Positions 1-10,063 of a stretch of 61,686 bases of DNA are shown here, piece after piece. Location of the stretch: NCBI GenBank assembly GCA_043823745.1, contig JBDRAN010000012.1, positions 1 to 61,686 on the forward strand, written 5' to 3'. The notes under the pieces are model-generated. The model did not search any database, was not told the origin of the DNA, and saw nothing but the letters and a program-made list of their open reading frames with translations. A program made the translations under genes and the position numbers. Position 1 is the stretch's first letter, and each line of letters opens with the position of its first letter. Origin of the DNA: Candidatus Omnitrophota bacterium (lineage in GTDB: Bacteria; Omnitrophota; Gorgyraeia; Duberdicusellales; 4484-171).

Positions 1-140
1 TGGCGCTGTCGCATAATAGCACCAGCGCCTGATTCCATAGATTAAGAAAAGATTACAGCGATTAAAACACTAATATTTTCAATCATTGTAATCACGAATT
101 AATCGTTGTAATCGGGGACTGACGCGTTTCGCGACAGTCC

Positions 141-198
141 CTCTATTGTTTTTTCTGCTTGAGGAGGGAGCCCAGGCCTTTAGGCCGAAGGGCTCCAC
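141..198. repeat. Partial copy of palindromic MITE/REP-like element (family 1)
   Basis: ctctattgttttttctgct..ggagggagcc.aggcctttaggccga.gggctccac is near-identical to 4465-4522. Confidence 0.75.
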
Positions 199-208
199 TT
201 AATTCATT

Positions 209-3200
209 ATGCGTTTACCTGAATTTGGAGTCAAATTTCCTGTTACCAATATCATGATTTTTCTTGCGGTATTGGTGCTGGGGGTTGTTTCGCTCTCAAA
301 GCTTCCCGTAGACCTGATGCCTGAGATTGAGCCGCCTTCAATCTCGGTGATTACCGTGTATGAGGGCGCCAGCGCCGAAGACGTTGAGACTAAAGTTACT
401 GAAGTTATCGAGAATAACCTTGCCACCATATCAAATCTTGATAAGATTACCTCGCGCTCACTCGAAAACCTCTCTGTCGTATCGTGCCGTTTCAATTGGG
501 GCGTTAACCTTGATGAGGCCTCAAACGATATACGTGATAAGCTTGAGTTTGCCAAGCGTACCCTGCCTGACGAGATAGAGACACCGATCGTTTTTAAATT
601 TAATACGTCGCTGATCCCCATAATTTTTGTGGGTATCAATTGTCCTGACGCCTTATATCCGCAATTGTTTCATTTGGTTGACAGAAACGTCAGTGACGCG
701 CTCAAACGCGTTCCCGGTGTGGGCGCGGTGCAGATGTACGGGGGCCTGGAGCGTCAGATCAATGTTGATATCGATAAGCCCCGTCTTGAAGCCTATGGCC
801 TCTCCGTACAACAGGTTATTGACCGCTTAGCTCGAGAGAACATTACCTTACCCGCGGGTGACCTTAAAACCGGATATATTGATTATGTGTTGCGCGTGCC
901 CGGAGAATTCAGCGACCCGTCGCAAATAAAAGACATTATTATCGCCGGTATGGGCGAGAAAATTGTTTATTTGAAAGATATTGCTCGTGTGGCCGATTCC
1001 TTTAAGGAAGTGACCATGTTTGTGCGCTCAAACGGGAAACTCGGCATGATGATGATGATACAAAAGCGTTCCGGCTCCAACACCGTCGAAGTCGCCGGGC
1101 GCATAAAGAAGGAAATCGGCCGGATCGAGAAGCGTTACCCTGAGCTTGAATTTTCTATTTTAATGGACACGTCCCGCCATGTGCGCCAGTCTATTAACGA
1201 CTTGACGCAGACCGTGTATTGGGGGGGGATTTTTGTAATTCTTGTAGTTTTTTTGTTTTTGCGTCAGATCCGCCCCAGCCTTATCATTGCGGTTACTATT
1301 CCGTTCTCGCTGATAATCGCGTTTATTTTTATGTATCTGTTGGGGTACACGATCAATATTATGTCGCTTTCAAGCCTCGCGATTGCGATCGGCATGGTGG
1401 TGGATAATGCTATTGTTATTGTCGACAATGTATTTCGTCATCGCGAAAGGGGACAGAAGCCGCGCGAAGCAGCGATCTATGGCGCTTCCGAGGTGGGCCT
1501 TGCGGTGAGTGCCTCGACACTAACGACGGTGGTCGTGTTCGTGCCGATGGTATTTTTAACCGGTATCGTCGGGGTTATGTTTAAACAGCTTGCTGCCATT
1601 GTAACGGTGACGTTGCTTGCGTCCCTTTTTACGGCGCTGACACTTACGCCGACATTGTGTTCAAAAATCCTGGTGCGGCTTCCGCAGGAGGCTTCTCGGC
1701 GTGATAAAAAATCACTGTATCAGAAATTTTACGAGACAAGCGGAGCCTTTTTTGATCGCTGTGATGCCGTATATGGGAAGCTTTTGAGCTGGGCTTTGCG
1801 TCATAAAAAAACAACGCTGTTTCTGGCGATTGCTGTTTTTATCAGCAGCATAATGCTCGTGCCGAAAATTGGCACAGAGTTTGTTCCGGAGGAGGATACC
1901 GGTGATTTAAATGTCCAGGTCGAGCTCCCGGTAGGAACGCGCGTCGAAGAGACCGATAAGATATCGAAACAAATAGAGGAGATAATGCGCGCAACAATTC
2001 CGGAAGCCGGTACTATCTTTACCCGTGTGGGCCAATCAAGCAGCTCGCGTTTCGGTGTTGCCTTTGGTGCCCGCACCGGGTCGCATGCTATCAATATCGG
2101 CGCTAAAATAGGCAGCTTAAATGAACGGAGCCGCTCCACAAAAGAGATTGGTGAGATGTTGCGGCCAAAAATAACCGCGCTCCTGGGGGTAAAAAAAGTG
2201 AATATCCAGTCAGGCAGCCCCTTCTCGCGGCTGCTTTTCGGCGGCGGTAAGCCCATTTCCATTGAGATCATGGGGCATGACTTGACAGCTACCGACGCCC
2301 TTGCATATACCGTGAAAGAAAAAATCGCTCAGGTAAAAGGAATCGTTGATGTCACTGTTTCCCGTGAGCTCGGTAAGCCTGAATTGCAAATCGAGGTTGA
2401 TAGGGTAAAAGCATCATCGCTGGGCTTGAATATGGCGACGATAACTGATACCGTACGTACCTATTTTTACGGCTCAACCGCCAGCAAATACCGCGAAGGG
2501 GGCGATGAATACGATATCTTTGTGCGGTTAAAAGAGGCCGATCGCAAAAGCGTTCGTGACGTCGAGAGTACCCCTATTATTACGACGTCCGGTAAAGTCA
2601 TCCGCCTGAGCAACATCGCCAAAGTCGCCTACCGCACGGGGCCCATTGAGATCGAACGGCAAAATCAGGAACGTATCATTAAAGTTGAAGCAAATATATT
2701 TCGCAGGTCCTTGGGTGACGTTGCGCGCGACATCCGTCACATTATTGCAGATATCCCGATCCCTGAGGATACCAGCGTTAATCTAGGAAGCGATGTGGAA
2801 GAGCAGGGTAAAGCGTTCGCAAGCCTTATTGCGCTTTTTATTCTCGGCGGCATATTGGTGTACATGGTGATGGCAGCTCAATTTGAATCGTTGCTTGATC
2901 CTTTTATCGTTCTTTTTTCTATTCCGTTTGCGTTTACCGGTGTTGCATTCGGCCTTTTCTTTGGGAATGTTACGTTAAGCGTTATTTCTTTTATCGGCCT
3001 GATAATGCTGGTAGGTATCGTTGTTAACAACGCTATCGTATTGGTTGATTACATAAATATTTTACGCAGTCGAGGGGTCGGGATGAAAGAGGCTATTATA
3101 ACCGGCGGCGCCAATCGTTTGCGCCCGGTGCTTATGACTACGTTTACGACGCTGGCAGGTATGTTTCCTTTGGCGGCCAGCACCGGAGAAGGCTCGGAGC

Positions 3201-3334
3201 TCTGGAGGCCGCTGGGGGTGAGTATGATCGGTGGGCTGATACTTTCCACATTCATTACCCTAATCCTCGTGCCGGTCTTATACGCGATATTAAAGCGCGG
3301 ATCGGCAGCGCGCACATCCTTGAAGGGTTCTTGA
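209..3334 (+). CDS. RND efflux transporter permease (AcrB/AcrD/AcrF family)
   Basis: 1041 aa; GMVVDNAIVIVDN, GIVVNNAIVLVD and RLRPVLMTT motifs; duplicated TM architecture. Confidence 0.96.
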   Translation: MRLPEFGVKFPVTNIMIFLAVLVLGVVSLSKLPVDLMPEIEPPSISVITVYEGASAEDVETKVTEVIENNLATISNLDKITSRSLENLSVVSCRFNWGVNLDEASNDIRDKLEFAKRTLPDEIETPIVFKFNTSLIPIIFVGINCPDALYPQLFHLVDRNVSDALKRVPGVGAVQMYGGLERQINVDIDKPRLEAYGLSVQQVIDRLARENITLPAGDLKTGYIDYVLRVPGEFSDPSQIKDIIIAGMGEKIVYLKDIARVADSFKEVTMFVRSNGKLGMMMMIQKRSGSNTVEVAGRIKKEIGRIEKRYPELEFSILMDTSRHVRQSINDLTQTVYWGGIFVILVVFLFLRQIRPSLIIAVTIPFSLIIAFIFMYLLGYTINIMSLSSLAIAIGMVVDNAIVIVDNVFRHRERGQKPREAAIYGASEVGLAVSASTLTTVVVFVPMVFLTGIVGVMFKQLAAIVTVTLLASLFTALTLTPTLCSKILVRLPQEASRRDKKSLYQKFYETSGAFFDRCDAVYGKLLSWALRHKKTTLFLAIAVFISSIMLVPKIGTEFVPEEDTGDLNVQVELPVGTRVEETDKISKQIEEIMRATIPEAGTIFTRVGQSSSSRFGVAFGARTGSHAINIGAKIGSLNERSRSTKEIGEMLRPKITALLGVKKVNIQSGSPFSRLLFGGGKPISIEIMGHDLTATDALAYTVKEKIAQVKGIVDVTVSRELGKPELQIEVDRVKASSLGLNMATITDTVRTYFYGSTASKYREGGDEYDIFVRLKEADRKSVRDVESTPIITTSGKVIRLSNIAKVAYRTGPIEIERQNQERIIKVEANIFRRSLGDVARDIRHIIADIPIPEDTSVNLGSDVEEQGKAFASLIALFILGGILVYMVMAAQFESLLDPFIVLFSIPFAFTGVAFGLFFGNVTLSVISFIGLIMLVGIVVNNAIVLVDYINILRSRGVGMKEAIITGGANRLRPVLMTTFTTLAGMFPLAASTGEGSELWRPLGVSMIGGLILSTFITLILVPVLYAILKRGSAARTSLKGS

Positions 3335-3347
3335 GAATAGGTGAATT

Positions 3348-3638
3348 ATGAAGATGGTTTTTATCGCGTACAATGAGGGGATAGACGAAGAAGTGACCGA
3401 AATGCTCGCGGCCTGCGGCCTGTCAAGCTTTACGAAGTGGCAGAAGGTTCTCGGCAAAGGCCTTACGAGCGCACCGCATTTTGATACCAGCGTCTGGCCC
3501 GGCGCGAATAATGTCTGCGTGGTGGTTACCGAGGCCGCAGGAGCCTCGGTGCTCCTTGAACACGTCAGAGCGTTGCGCGGTAGGTTTGCCAAAGAAGGCA
3601 TTAAAGCCTTTGTTCTTCCCGTCGAAGAGGTCGCGTAG
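3348..3638 (+). CDS. P-II-like (PG0541-type) transporter-associated protein
   Basis: 96 aa; MVFIAYN, FTKW..V.GKG, PH..T.VWPG.N motifs; directly after the RND permease. Confidence 0.75.
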   Translation: MKMVFIAYNEGIDEEVTEMLAACGLSSFTKWQKVLGKGLTSAPHFDTSVWPGANNVCVVVTEAAGASVLLEHVRALRGRFAKEGIKAFVLPVEEVA

Positions 3639-3707
3639 CGTACCGTGGTTATGTTTTTACGTTGCCGGCTACTATTTTTCTGGTATAATTTCCATCAAGA
3701 AAACTAT

Positions 3708-4388
3708 ATGAAAAGATGTATCGGTCTATTCTTTTGTGTAATTTTTTTGTGCGGTCCTGCGTATGCCGTGTCTAGCTATGGCACGCGAATGCCCGAGAAA
3801 AACACTGCCTCGGTTGGCCTGCAGAGCTATGATATCATAGCGCGTGATTTAAAAGATAATTATGGAAGTCTGCGGAGCCTGCAGAATTTTCTGCTTGTTT
3901 CTTATGGGGTTACCGATTGGTTTTCCATTGACCTTAAAGGCGGCGCCGGTTATATCAAGGCCCACCCGACCGATAGCGCCGAAATCGATTATGGCACTAA
4001 TTTTGCCGGAGGATATGGAGTACGCTTTAGGGTTTTTGAAAAAGATAAGCTTAAAAGCGTTTTTGGTTTTCAGCATATCAGCGTTCATCCCGACAAAAGA
4101 GGCACTGATGCCGGCACCAATAGAGCAATTCTTGATGACTGGCAGGTCTCCTTGCTTGCCTCGTATGATTTATCGGTCATAACTCCGTACGTGGGAACGC
4201 GCTGGTCGCGCGTTGATTATATTCATAAGGTAGATGACGATCGCAAACGAAAGATGTCTGATCTTGATAATGCAATTGGTCTTATCGCCGGCTGCGATAT
4301 TCCGTGGGGAGAGAAGTTTTGGGTAAATCTCGAGGGGCAGTTTATTGACGCGAAAGCCTTTGCGGTCAGCTTCAATTATAGCTTTTAA
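3708..4388 (+). CDS. Outer-membrane beta-barrel protein
   Basis: Signal peptide MKRCIG...AYA (start moved to ATG 3708), amphipathic beta strands, C-terminal FNYSF. Confidence 0.7.
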   Translation: MKRCIGLFFCVIFLCGPAYAVSSYGTRMPEKNTASVGLQSYDIIARDLKDNYGSLRSLQNFLLVSYGVTDWFSIDLKGGAGYIKAHPTDSAEIDYGTNFAGGYGVRFRVFEKDKLKSVFGFQHISVHPDKRGTDAGTNRAILDDWQVSLLASYDLSVITPYVGTRWSRVDYIHKVDDDRKRKMSDLDNAIGLIAGCDIPWGEKFWVNLEGQFIDAKAFAVSFNYSF

Positions 4389-4522
4389 TTTAATCCCTCG
4401 CAGCCCCCACGAGGGGCGTCCTTGGGGGACAGAAATCCCTGGGCTTTAGCTCGAGGGATGAATACTCTATTGTTTTTTCTGCTCGGGAGGGAGCCTAGGC
4501 CTTTAGGCCGAGGGGCTCCACT
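4386..4522. repeat. Palindromic MITE/REP-like element (family 1), full copy
   Basis: taatttaatccctcgcagccc...gggcgtccttgggggacagaaatc.ctgggctttag shared with 19141-19301; the right part is shared with 141-198. Confidence 0.75.
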
Positions 4523-4730
4523 GAGCACGTTGTTTTTGCGAGTGTTTAGCATGAAGCAAAAACAACTGTGCGAATTAACCCCGCCCGGAGTCAGGGTTAT
4601 AACCCTGTATAAAGCGAGCGCGGGGCTATACCAAATCTACCGACTTTGAGTCGGGGGCAGGTTGTAAGGCGGAGGCCTACTCCTATTGTTGTCCACCGAC
4701 AAAGTTGGTGGTAATTCATCCCTCCCTAGC

Positions 4731-6203
4731 GTGCTTATTAAGACAAAACCTGAAGAATTTCAAAGTTACCTTGAGGACACCTCTAATCTTAAAGGCTCGG
4801 CGCATACCCTTTATGCCCCCTCCGACAGCCGCGAGGTTTCAAGCCTCCTGGAGGAGTTGTGCGCACAGAAGACACACTGCACGGTTTCCGCGGGTAGGAC
4901 CGGAACGACCGGCGGCTGCGTGCCTTTTGACGGGGTGGCCCTGTCTCTTGAGAATCTTACGGGCATCGGCCCTGTTGATACCGCGCGCGGCCTCGTGAGA
5001 GTCCAAGCGGGGGTTACGCTTGCGGCACTCGAGGAAAGATTGCGCCAACAAAATTATACGTTACGGGCCGCGCCGACTGAGTCACTCGCCTATATCGGGG
5101 GCGCAATCGCAACCGGCGCAAGCGGGGTACGTGGATTTGGCTATGGTTCAATACGCAATTATGTTTCGGCGCTGGATGTGGTGCTGTCGGATGGTACGCC
5201 GTTTGCTGTACGCAGAGGAGAAGTTAGAGCGGTTAAACGTACGTTTGCTTTTACGAGAGAGGGCAGGGTCTTCTCGTTCAGCCTTCCTTCATACGCCTGC
5301 CCCCCGGTAAAAACGCAGGCGGGTTATTACGTGCGGGATGATATGGATTTGATTGATCTGTTTATCGGCAGCGAAGGAACCCTTGGCATTATTGTCGGGG
5401 CTGAACTTGCAGTGTCGGTCGTGCCCCATGCGATGTTCGATGGGCTTATATTTTTTGAGGATAAGTTGAAGGCTCTTTCATTTGTCCGCAGCATTCAGGA
5501 ACGTAAACGAAAAGGAGCTCCGTGTCCCGTCGCGCTTGAATTCTTTGATTCTTTCTCCCTTGAGTTTCTACGGCCCGACTACTCATTCATTCCGTCGCAG
5601 GCACGCGCGGCACTGTATTTTGAACAGGAAGTGGGCGAGGCGGATAATCTTGAGGAATCTCTTGCAACCTGGGCAAACCGTATTGAGGATGCAGGGGCGT
5701 TGTTTGATTCATGTATCATCGCCGAAACACAAAAGGAGCGCGAGCGCCTATTTTTATTCAGGCACCGGCTTCCCCAGCGTATTAATGAATTTTTGCGCAG
5801 CACGCATCAGCGCAAAGCAGCAACTGACATTGCCGTTCCCGACCATCTCTTTTTATCGATGTATACTTTTTACCAGGAAATCGCCCGCTCAAGCGGTATT
5901 GAATATGTTAATTTTGGCCACATTGGCCAGTCGCATCTGCATTTTAATTTCCTTCCGCGCAATCAAGAGCAGAGCATTCACGCGCAGGAGCTGTTGAGAA
6001 CCCTCTGCGCTAAGGCCGTAGCGTTTGGCGGGACCGTATCAGCGGAGCATGGTATCGGTAAAATTAAGAAACCGTACCTATCGCTTATGTACGATCAGAA
6101 GGAAATTAAAGAAATGGCAGCGCTGAAAAGATATTTTGACCCCGCCTGTATCCTGGGGCTTGATAATATATTTGATAAAGAATTATTGATAGAAGCGGAA
6201 TGA
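4731..6203 (+). CDS. FAD-linked oxidase (GlcD / D-lactate dehydrogenase family)
   Basis: GRTGTTGG, FIGSEGTLG, FGHIGQSHLH, GTVSAEHGIG and DPACIL motifs; likely GTG start at 4731. Confidence 0.9.
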   Translation: MLIKTKPEEFQSYLEDTSNLKGSAHTLYAPSDSREVSSLLEELCAQKTHCTVSAGRTGTTGGCVPFDGVALSLENLTGIGPVDTARGLVRVQAGVTLAALEERLRQQNYTLRAAPTESLAYIGGAIATGASGVRGFGYGSIRNYVSALDVVLSDGTPFAVRRGEVRAVKRTFAFTREGRVFSFSLPSYACPPVKTQAGYYVRDDMDLIDLFIGSEGTLGIIVGAELAVSVVPHAMFDGLIFFEDKLKALSFVRSIQERKRKGAPCPVALEFFDSFSLEFLRPDYSFIPSQARAALYFEQEVGEADNLEESLATWANRIEDAGALFDSCIIAETQKERERLFLFRHRLPQRINEFLRSTHQRKAATDIAVPDHLFLSMYTFYQEIARSSGIEYVNFGHIGQSHLHFNFLPRNQEQSIHAQELLRTLCAKAVAFGGTVSAEHGIGKIKKPYLSLMYDQKEIKEMAALKRYFDPACILGLDNIFDKELLIEAE

Positions 6204-6279
6204 CGCGGACTTAAACGCGGATAGACGCTGGCGGCGTAGTTCCGCGTAGATATCCGCGTGTATCCGCCTCTAGCTTTTT

Positions 6280-6672
6280 ATGAAAAAACACCTCGATGTC
6301 GTCGCCGGATTAATTACAAAAGACGGAAAAATCCTGCTTTGTCAACGCAAGGAGCATGATAGCTTTGGGCTTCTGTGGGAGTTTGCCGGAGGCGTGGTGG
6401 AGCCCGGTGAGGATTATCGCCGCGCCCTGATACGTGAAATGAAAGAGGAGCTCGATCTTTTCGTTGAAGTTGATAAGCTTGTGGGTACCTTTGAAGATGA
6501 GAACGAAACGCTTAAAATTACTGTTCGTCTTTTTTCTTGTCGCGTTCTACGCGGTGCGCCGCTGGCCAAAGATTGCACTAATTTTGGATTTTTTTCTTAT
6601 AGCCAAGCGTGCACGCTTCAGTGCGCTCCGGTTGACCGGAAGATTCTTGCCGCATTGGCGAGCGAGCTTTAA
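6280..6672 (+). CDS. Nudix hydrolase, MutT/NudG-like
   Basis: Nudix box WEFAGGVVEPGEDYRRALIREMKEELD. Confidence 0.9.
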   Translation: MKKHLDVVAGLITKDGKILLCQRKEHDSFGLLWEFAGGVVEPGEDYRRALIREMKEELDLFVEVDKLVGTFEDENETLKITVRLFSCRVLRGAPLAKDCTNFGFFSYSQACTLQCAPVDRKILAALASEL

Positions 6673-7337
6673 GGGGTGCAATCTTGGGCGTGGTGGCGGA
6701 TATCCCTTCCTTCTACCATATAATATACATCTTCACTGATGTTAGTCGCATGATCCGCAATGCGCTCTAAGTGCCGGGCTACCAGCATGAGGTCTATGGC
6801 GCGGTTGATGTTTTTAGCATCTTGAAGCATGTATGTCAAAAGCTCCCTGAAGATCTGATCGTTCAGGTTGTCTACAGAATCATCACGCTTGCAGATTTCT
6901 CGGGCAAGAACGGGATTCCTATTGATAAAGGAGTCAATTGCGTCTTTGACCATTTTTTGCGTGATGTCTGCCATGCGAGGGATGTCTATCAAGGGCTTAA
7001 GCGGTGGCTCACGCAGCAGGTCTTTCGTGCGCTCAACAATATTGATGGCCAGATCGCCGATTCGTTCAAGGTCCGCGTTGATTTTGATCGCCGAGATTAT
7101 GAAGCGAAGGTCGCTTGCGGCGGGTTGCCTAAGCGCGATGAGTTTAAGCGCAAAATCATCAACCTCGATTTGCAGCATATTGATGGCTTTTTCTTTTTCA
7201 AGAATGCCTGCGGTTAGGTCTTCGCGCCGTTCTTTAAGCGCCGTGATCGACTTCTCAATCATCTCTTCCGCGATAGAAGACATCCTCACCAACTTTTCTT
7301 TCAGGTCCTTTAGTTCTTCGTCAAAGTGTCTTTCCAT
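6669..7337 (-). CDS. phoU: Phosphate signalling protein PhoU
   Basis: QPAASDLRFI, DLERIGDLAINI and HLERIADHATNI motifs; last gene of the pst operon. Confidence 0.97.
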   Translation of the reverse strand: MERHFDEELKDLKEKLVRMSSIAEEMIEKSITALKERREDLTAGILEKEKAINMLQIEVDDFALKLIALRQPAASDLRFIISAIKINADLERIGDLAINIVERTKDLLREPPLKPLIDIPRMADITQKMVKDAIDSFINRNPVLAREICKRDDSVDNLNDQIFRELLTYMLQDAKNINRAIDLMLVARHLERIADHATNISEDVYYMVEGRDIRHHAQDCTP

Positions 7338-7703
7338 TTTTACCTCCTTAATGAGACTTACAATTTTTCAAATCTTCCTGATTGAAAAATTGTTTAGTCG
7401 AATTAACCTCGACAGTTGCAAGAAAATTTAGTATAAATTTTCGCAGCGCTAAACTGTCGAGGTACCTGCACTATTTCGCCTCTATGACTATTTTCCCAAT
7501 TTTCAGAGACTGAAAATTGGGAGGAATCTATCGGGTGCACAATGGGGAGAATTAATCCCGTAGCGCTCCAGTTAAATTTCTGTAAAATTCAACTGGTATA
7601 CAGCACACCAGTGCGTCCAAGTGAATAGGCGCAAGGGACTATAATCATCATATTGTAACGCTGGAAGCGTTCCCAGCGTGAATTTTTGCTCATATAATTC
7701 GCG

Positions 7704-8456
7704 TTATCCGAACTTACCCGTTATATAATTCTCCGTCCGCTCATCGCGCGGCGCGGTAAAAAGCTTATCTGTTTTTCCGAATTCAATAAGCTCACCTAAG
7801 AGCATAAAACCCGTTTCATCCGACACGCGCGCTGCTTGCTGCATATTATGGGTAACAATAACGATGGTGTAATTTTTTTTGAGTTCACGCATCAGTTCTT
7901 CAATGCGCATGGTAGCCTGCGGATCAAGCGCCGAGCAAGGTTCATCCATCAGTAGAATTTCCGGTTTAATTGCCACCAAACGGGCAATGCATAAGCGCTG
8001 TTTTTGCTCAAGAGAAAGCCGAAGCGCGGGCTTACGCAGTTTGTCCTTCAACGCGTCCCACAGCAGGACTGATTTTAAACTTTCCTCTATGATCATGTCA
8101 AGTCCCGCTTTATGCCTGCATTCCCCGTGAATCTTGACGCCAAAGGCAAGATTCTCATAGACGGAAAGAGGAAAAGGGTTCGGCCGCTGGAAAACCATTC
8201 CGACTTTTTTTCGCAAGCGCACCAGATCCTGAGTCGCAAGAATATTTTCCCCATCAATTATGATTTCTCCCTGCGTACGTACCCCTTCGATTACATCGTT
8301 CATCCGGTCAAATGCGCGCAGGAGCGTTGATTTGCCGCACCCCGAGGGCCCTATGATTGCGGTAATTGTATTTTTAGCAATAGAGAGAGAAACGTCTTTA
8401 AGCGCGTGAAAGTTGGTGTACCACAGATTTAGATTATTAACGGTTATACTGGCCAT
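7704..8456 (-). CDS. pstB: Phosphate ABC transporter ATP-binding protein PstB (copy 2, degenerate signature LSLEQ)
   Basis: [40 protein letters not shown]. Confidence 0.95.
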   Translation of the reverse strand: MASITVNNLNLWYTNFHALKDVSLSIAKNTITAIIGPSGCGKSTLLRAFDRMNDVIEGVRTQGEIIIDGENILATQDLVRLRKKVGMVFQRPNPFPLSVYENLAFGVKIHGECRHKAGLDMIIEESLKSVLLWDALKDKLRKPALRLSLEQKQRLCIARLVAIKPEILLMDEPCSALDPQATMRIEELMRELKKNYTIVIVTHNMQQAARVSDETGFMLLGELIEFGKTDKLFTAPRDERTENYITGKFG

Positions 8457-8468
8457 AGGTTTTAGAAA

Positions 8469-9218
8469 TTATCCGAATTTTCCGCTAATGTAATCATCGG
8501 TGCGCGCGTCGCGGGGCGCGGTGAATATTTTATCGGTTTTATCGAGCTCAATGAGCTCACCCATTAAAAAGAATGCCGTTTTGTCTCCTACGCGCGCTGC
8601 CTGTTTGACGTTATTGGTGACAAGGACAATCGTATATTTTTCTTTAAGTTTGAGCATCGCTTCTTCGACTTTTGCGGTGGATATCGGGTCAAGGCCCGAG
8701 CAGGGTTCATCAAACAAAATTACTTCGGGGCAAACCGCAAGGGTTCGGGCGATGCAGAGTCGTTGTTGTTGTCCGCCCGATAACTTATAAGCTGATTCAT
8801 TGAGCCGGTCTTTTACCTCATCCCAGATGTAAGCGGATTGTAACGCTTGCTCGACGATCGCGGTGAGTTTTTTGCCTTTATACCTACCGTGCATTTTAAC
8901 CCCGTAGGCGACATTATCAAAGATGGAGAGGGGCAGCGGCAGCGGGAGCGCAAATACCATACCGATACGCTTGCGTAGCTGTTCGATGTTGATGGTCAAA
9001 ATATCCTTGTTGTCGAATGTCACGCTACCCTGCATTTTAAAGCCGGCATTGAGGTTGTTGAGTCGATTGAGCATGCGTAGGAATGTAGTTTTGCCGCTGC
9101 TTGAAGGGCCGATAATGCTTAGGATCTGGTGAGGGGGTATCTGAATGGTGACGTTTTGTAAAGCCTGCGTCGCTCCAAACCAGATACTAAGATTTTTAAT
9201 ATCAAATGTATTTACCAT
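8469..9218 (-). CDS. pstB: Phosphate ABC transporter ATP-binding protein PstB (copy 1, degenerate Q-loop and H-switch)
   Basis: GPSSSGKTT, LSGGQQQRL, DEPCSGLDP, YISGKFG. Confidence 0.95.
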   Translation of the reverse strand: MVNTFDIKNLSIWFGATQALQNVTIQIPPHQILSIIGPSSSGKTTFLRMLNRLNNLNAGFKMQGSVTFDNKDILTINIEQLRKRIGMVFALPLPLPLSIFDNVAYGVKMHGRYKGKKLTAIVEQALQSAYIWDEVKDRLNESAYKLSGGQQQRLCIARTLAVCPEVILFDEPCSGLDPISTAKVEEAMLKLKEKYTIVLVTNNVKQAARVGDKTAFFLMGELIELDKTDKIFTAPRDARTDDYISGKFG

Positions 9219-10063
9219 TTTTTCCTTTTACGGAATTGGTAGCGAATAATAATAGCGACCAGGTTCATGAATAAGACGAGTGCCAAAAGTACCAGCGCCG
9301 TTCCATAACGAGTTTTTTCATCGACATTAGGCACTTGTGTCGAGATGACATAGAGATGGTAGGGAAGCGCCATCGCCTGGTCAAAAATTGATTCGGGCAG
9401 TTGCGGAAGATAAAATGCCGCAACCGTGAAAAGAATTGGCGCTGTTTCACCGGCCGCCCTGCCAAGGCCCAGAATCGTTCCGGTAAGGATACCCGGTACT
9501 GCGTTAGGCAGCACGATATGGCGAATTGTCTGCCACTTGCTTGCTCCCAGGGATAAGCTCACTTCACGAAAGACAAGTGGTACGCTTTCAAGCGCTTCCC
9601 GGGAGGCAGTAATGATAAGAGGTAATATCATAATGCCCAGTGTCAATGAGCCTGCAAGAATAGACGCGCCAAACTTAAAAAATATAACAAAGAGCGCCAA
9701 ACCAAAAAGTCCGTAGACGACTGAAGGAACTCCGGCAAGGTTTACGATAGCAAGCTTAATGATGCGGGTTAAGAGATTGGTTTTTGCGTACTCGCTTAAA
9801 TATATTGCGGCAAGAAGGCCGATGGGCAGGGCAAAAACAATGGCGCCTGCCACTAAATAGATCGTTCCGACGATCGCCGGGAAAATTCCTCCTGCGCGCA
9901 TGCCTTGGCGGGGTATGTCCGATAAAAACTGCCAGTTGATCGCGGGAAGGCCTTTTTGGATAATGATGGCCACAATAATAATTACCGGTATCACGATAAC
10001 CAGTGTTGCCAGAAAAAGAAGCGAGAAAGCGATTTTTTGTGTCCGGTAAGGATTTTTTTTCAT
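9212..10063 (-). CDS. pstA: Phosphate ABC transporter permease PstA
   Basis: LAGVPSVVYGLFG and GRAAGETAP motifs; operon context. Confidence 0.96.
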   Translation of the reverse strand: MKKNPYRTQKIAFSLLFLATLVIVIPVIIIVAIIIQKGLPAINWQFLSDIPRQGMRAGGIFPAIVGTIYLVAGAIVFALPIGLLAAIYLSEYAKTNLLTRIIKLAIVNLAGVPSVVYGLFGLALFVIFFKFGASILAGSLTLGIMILPLIITASREALESVPLVFREVSLSLGASKWQTIRHIVLPNAVPGILTGTILGLGRAAGETAPILFTVAAFYLPQLPESIFDQAMALPYHLYVISTQVPNVDEKTRYGTALVLLALVLFMNLVAIIIRYQFRKRKKW

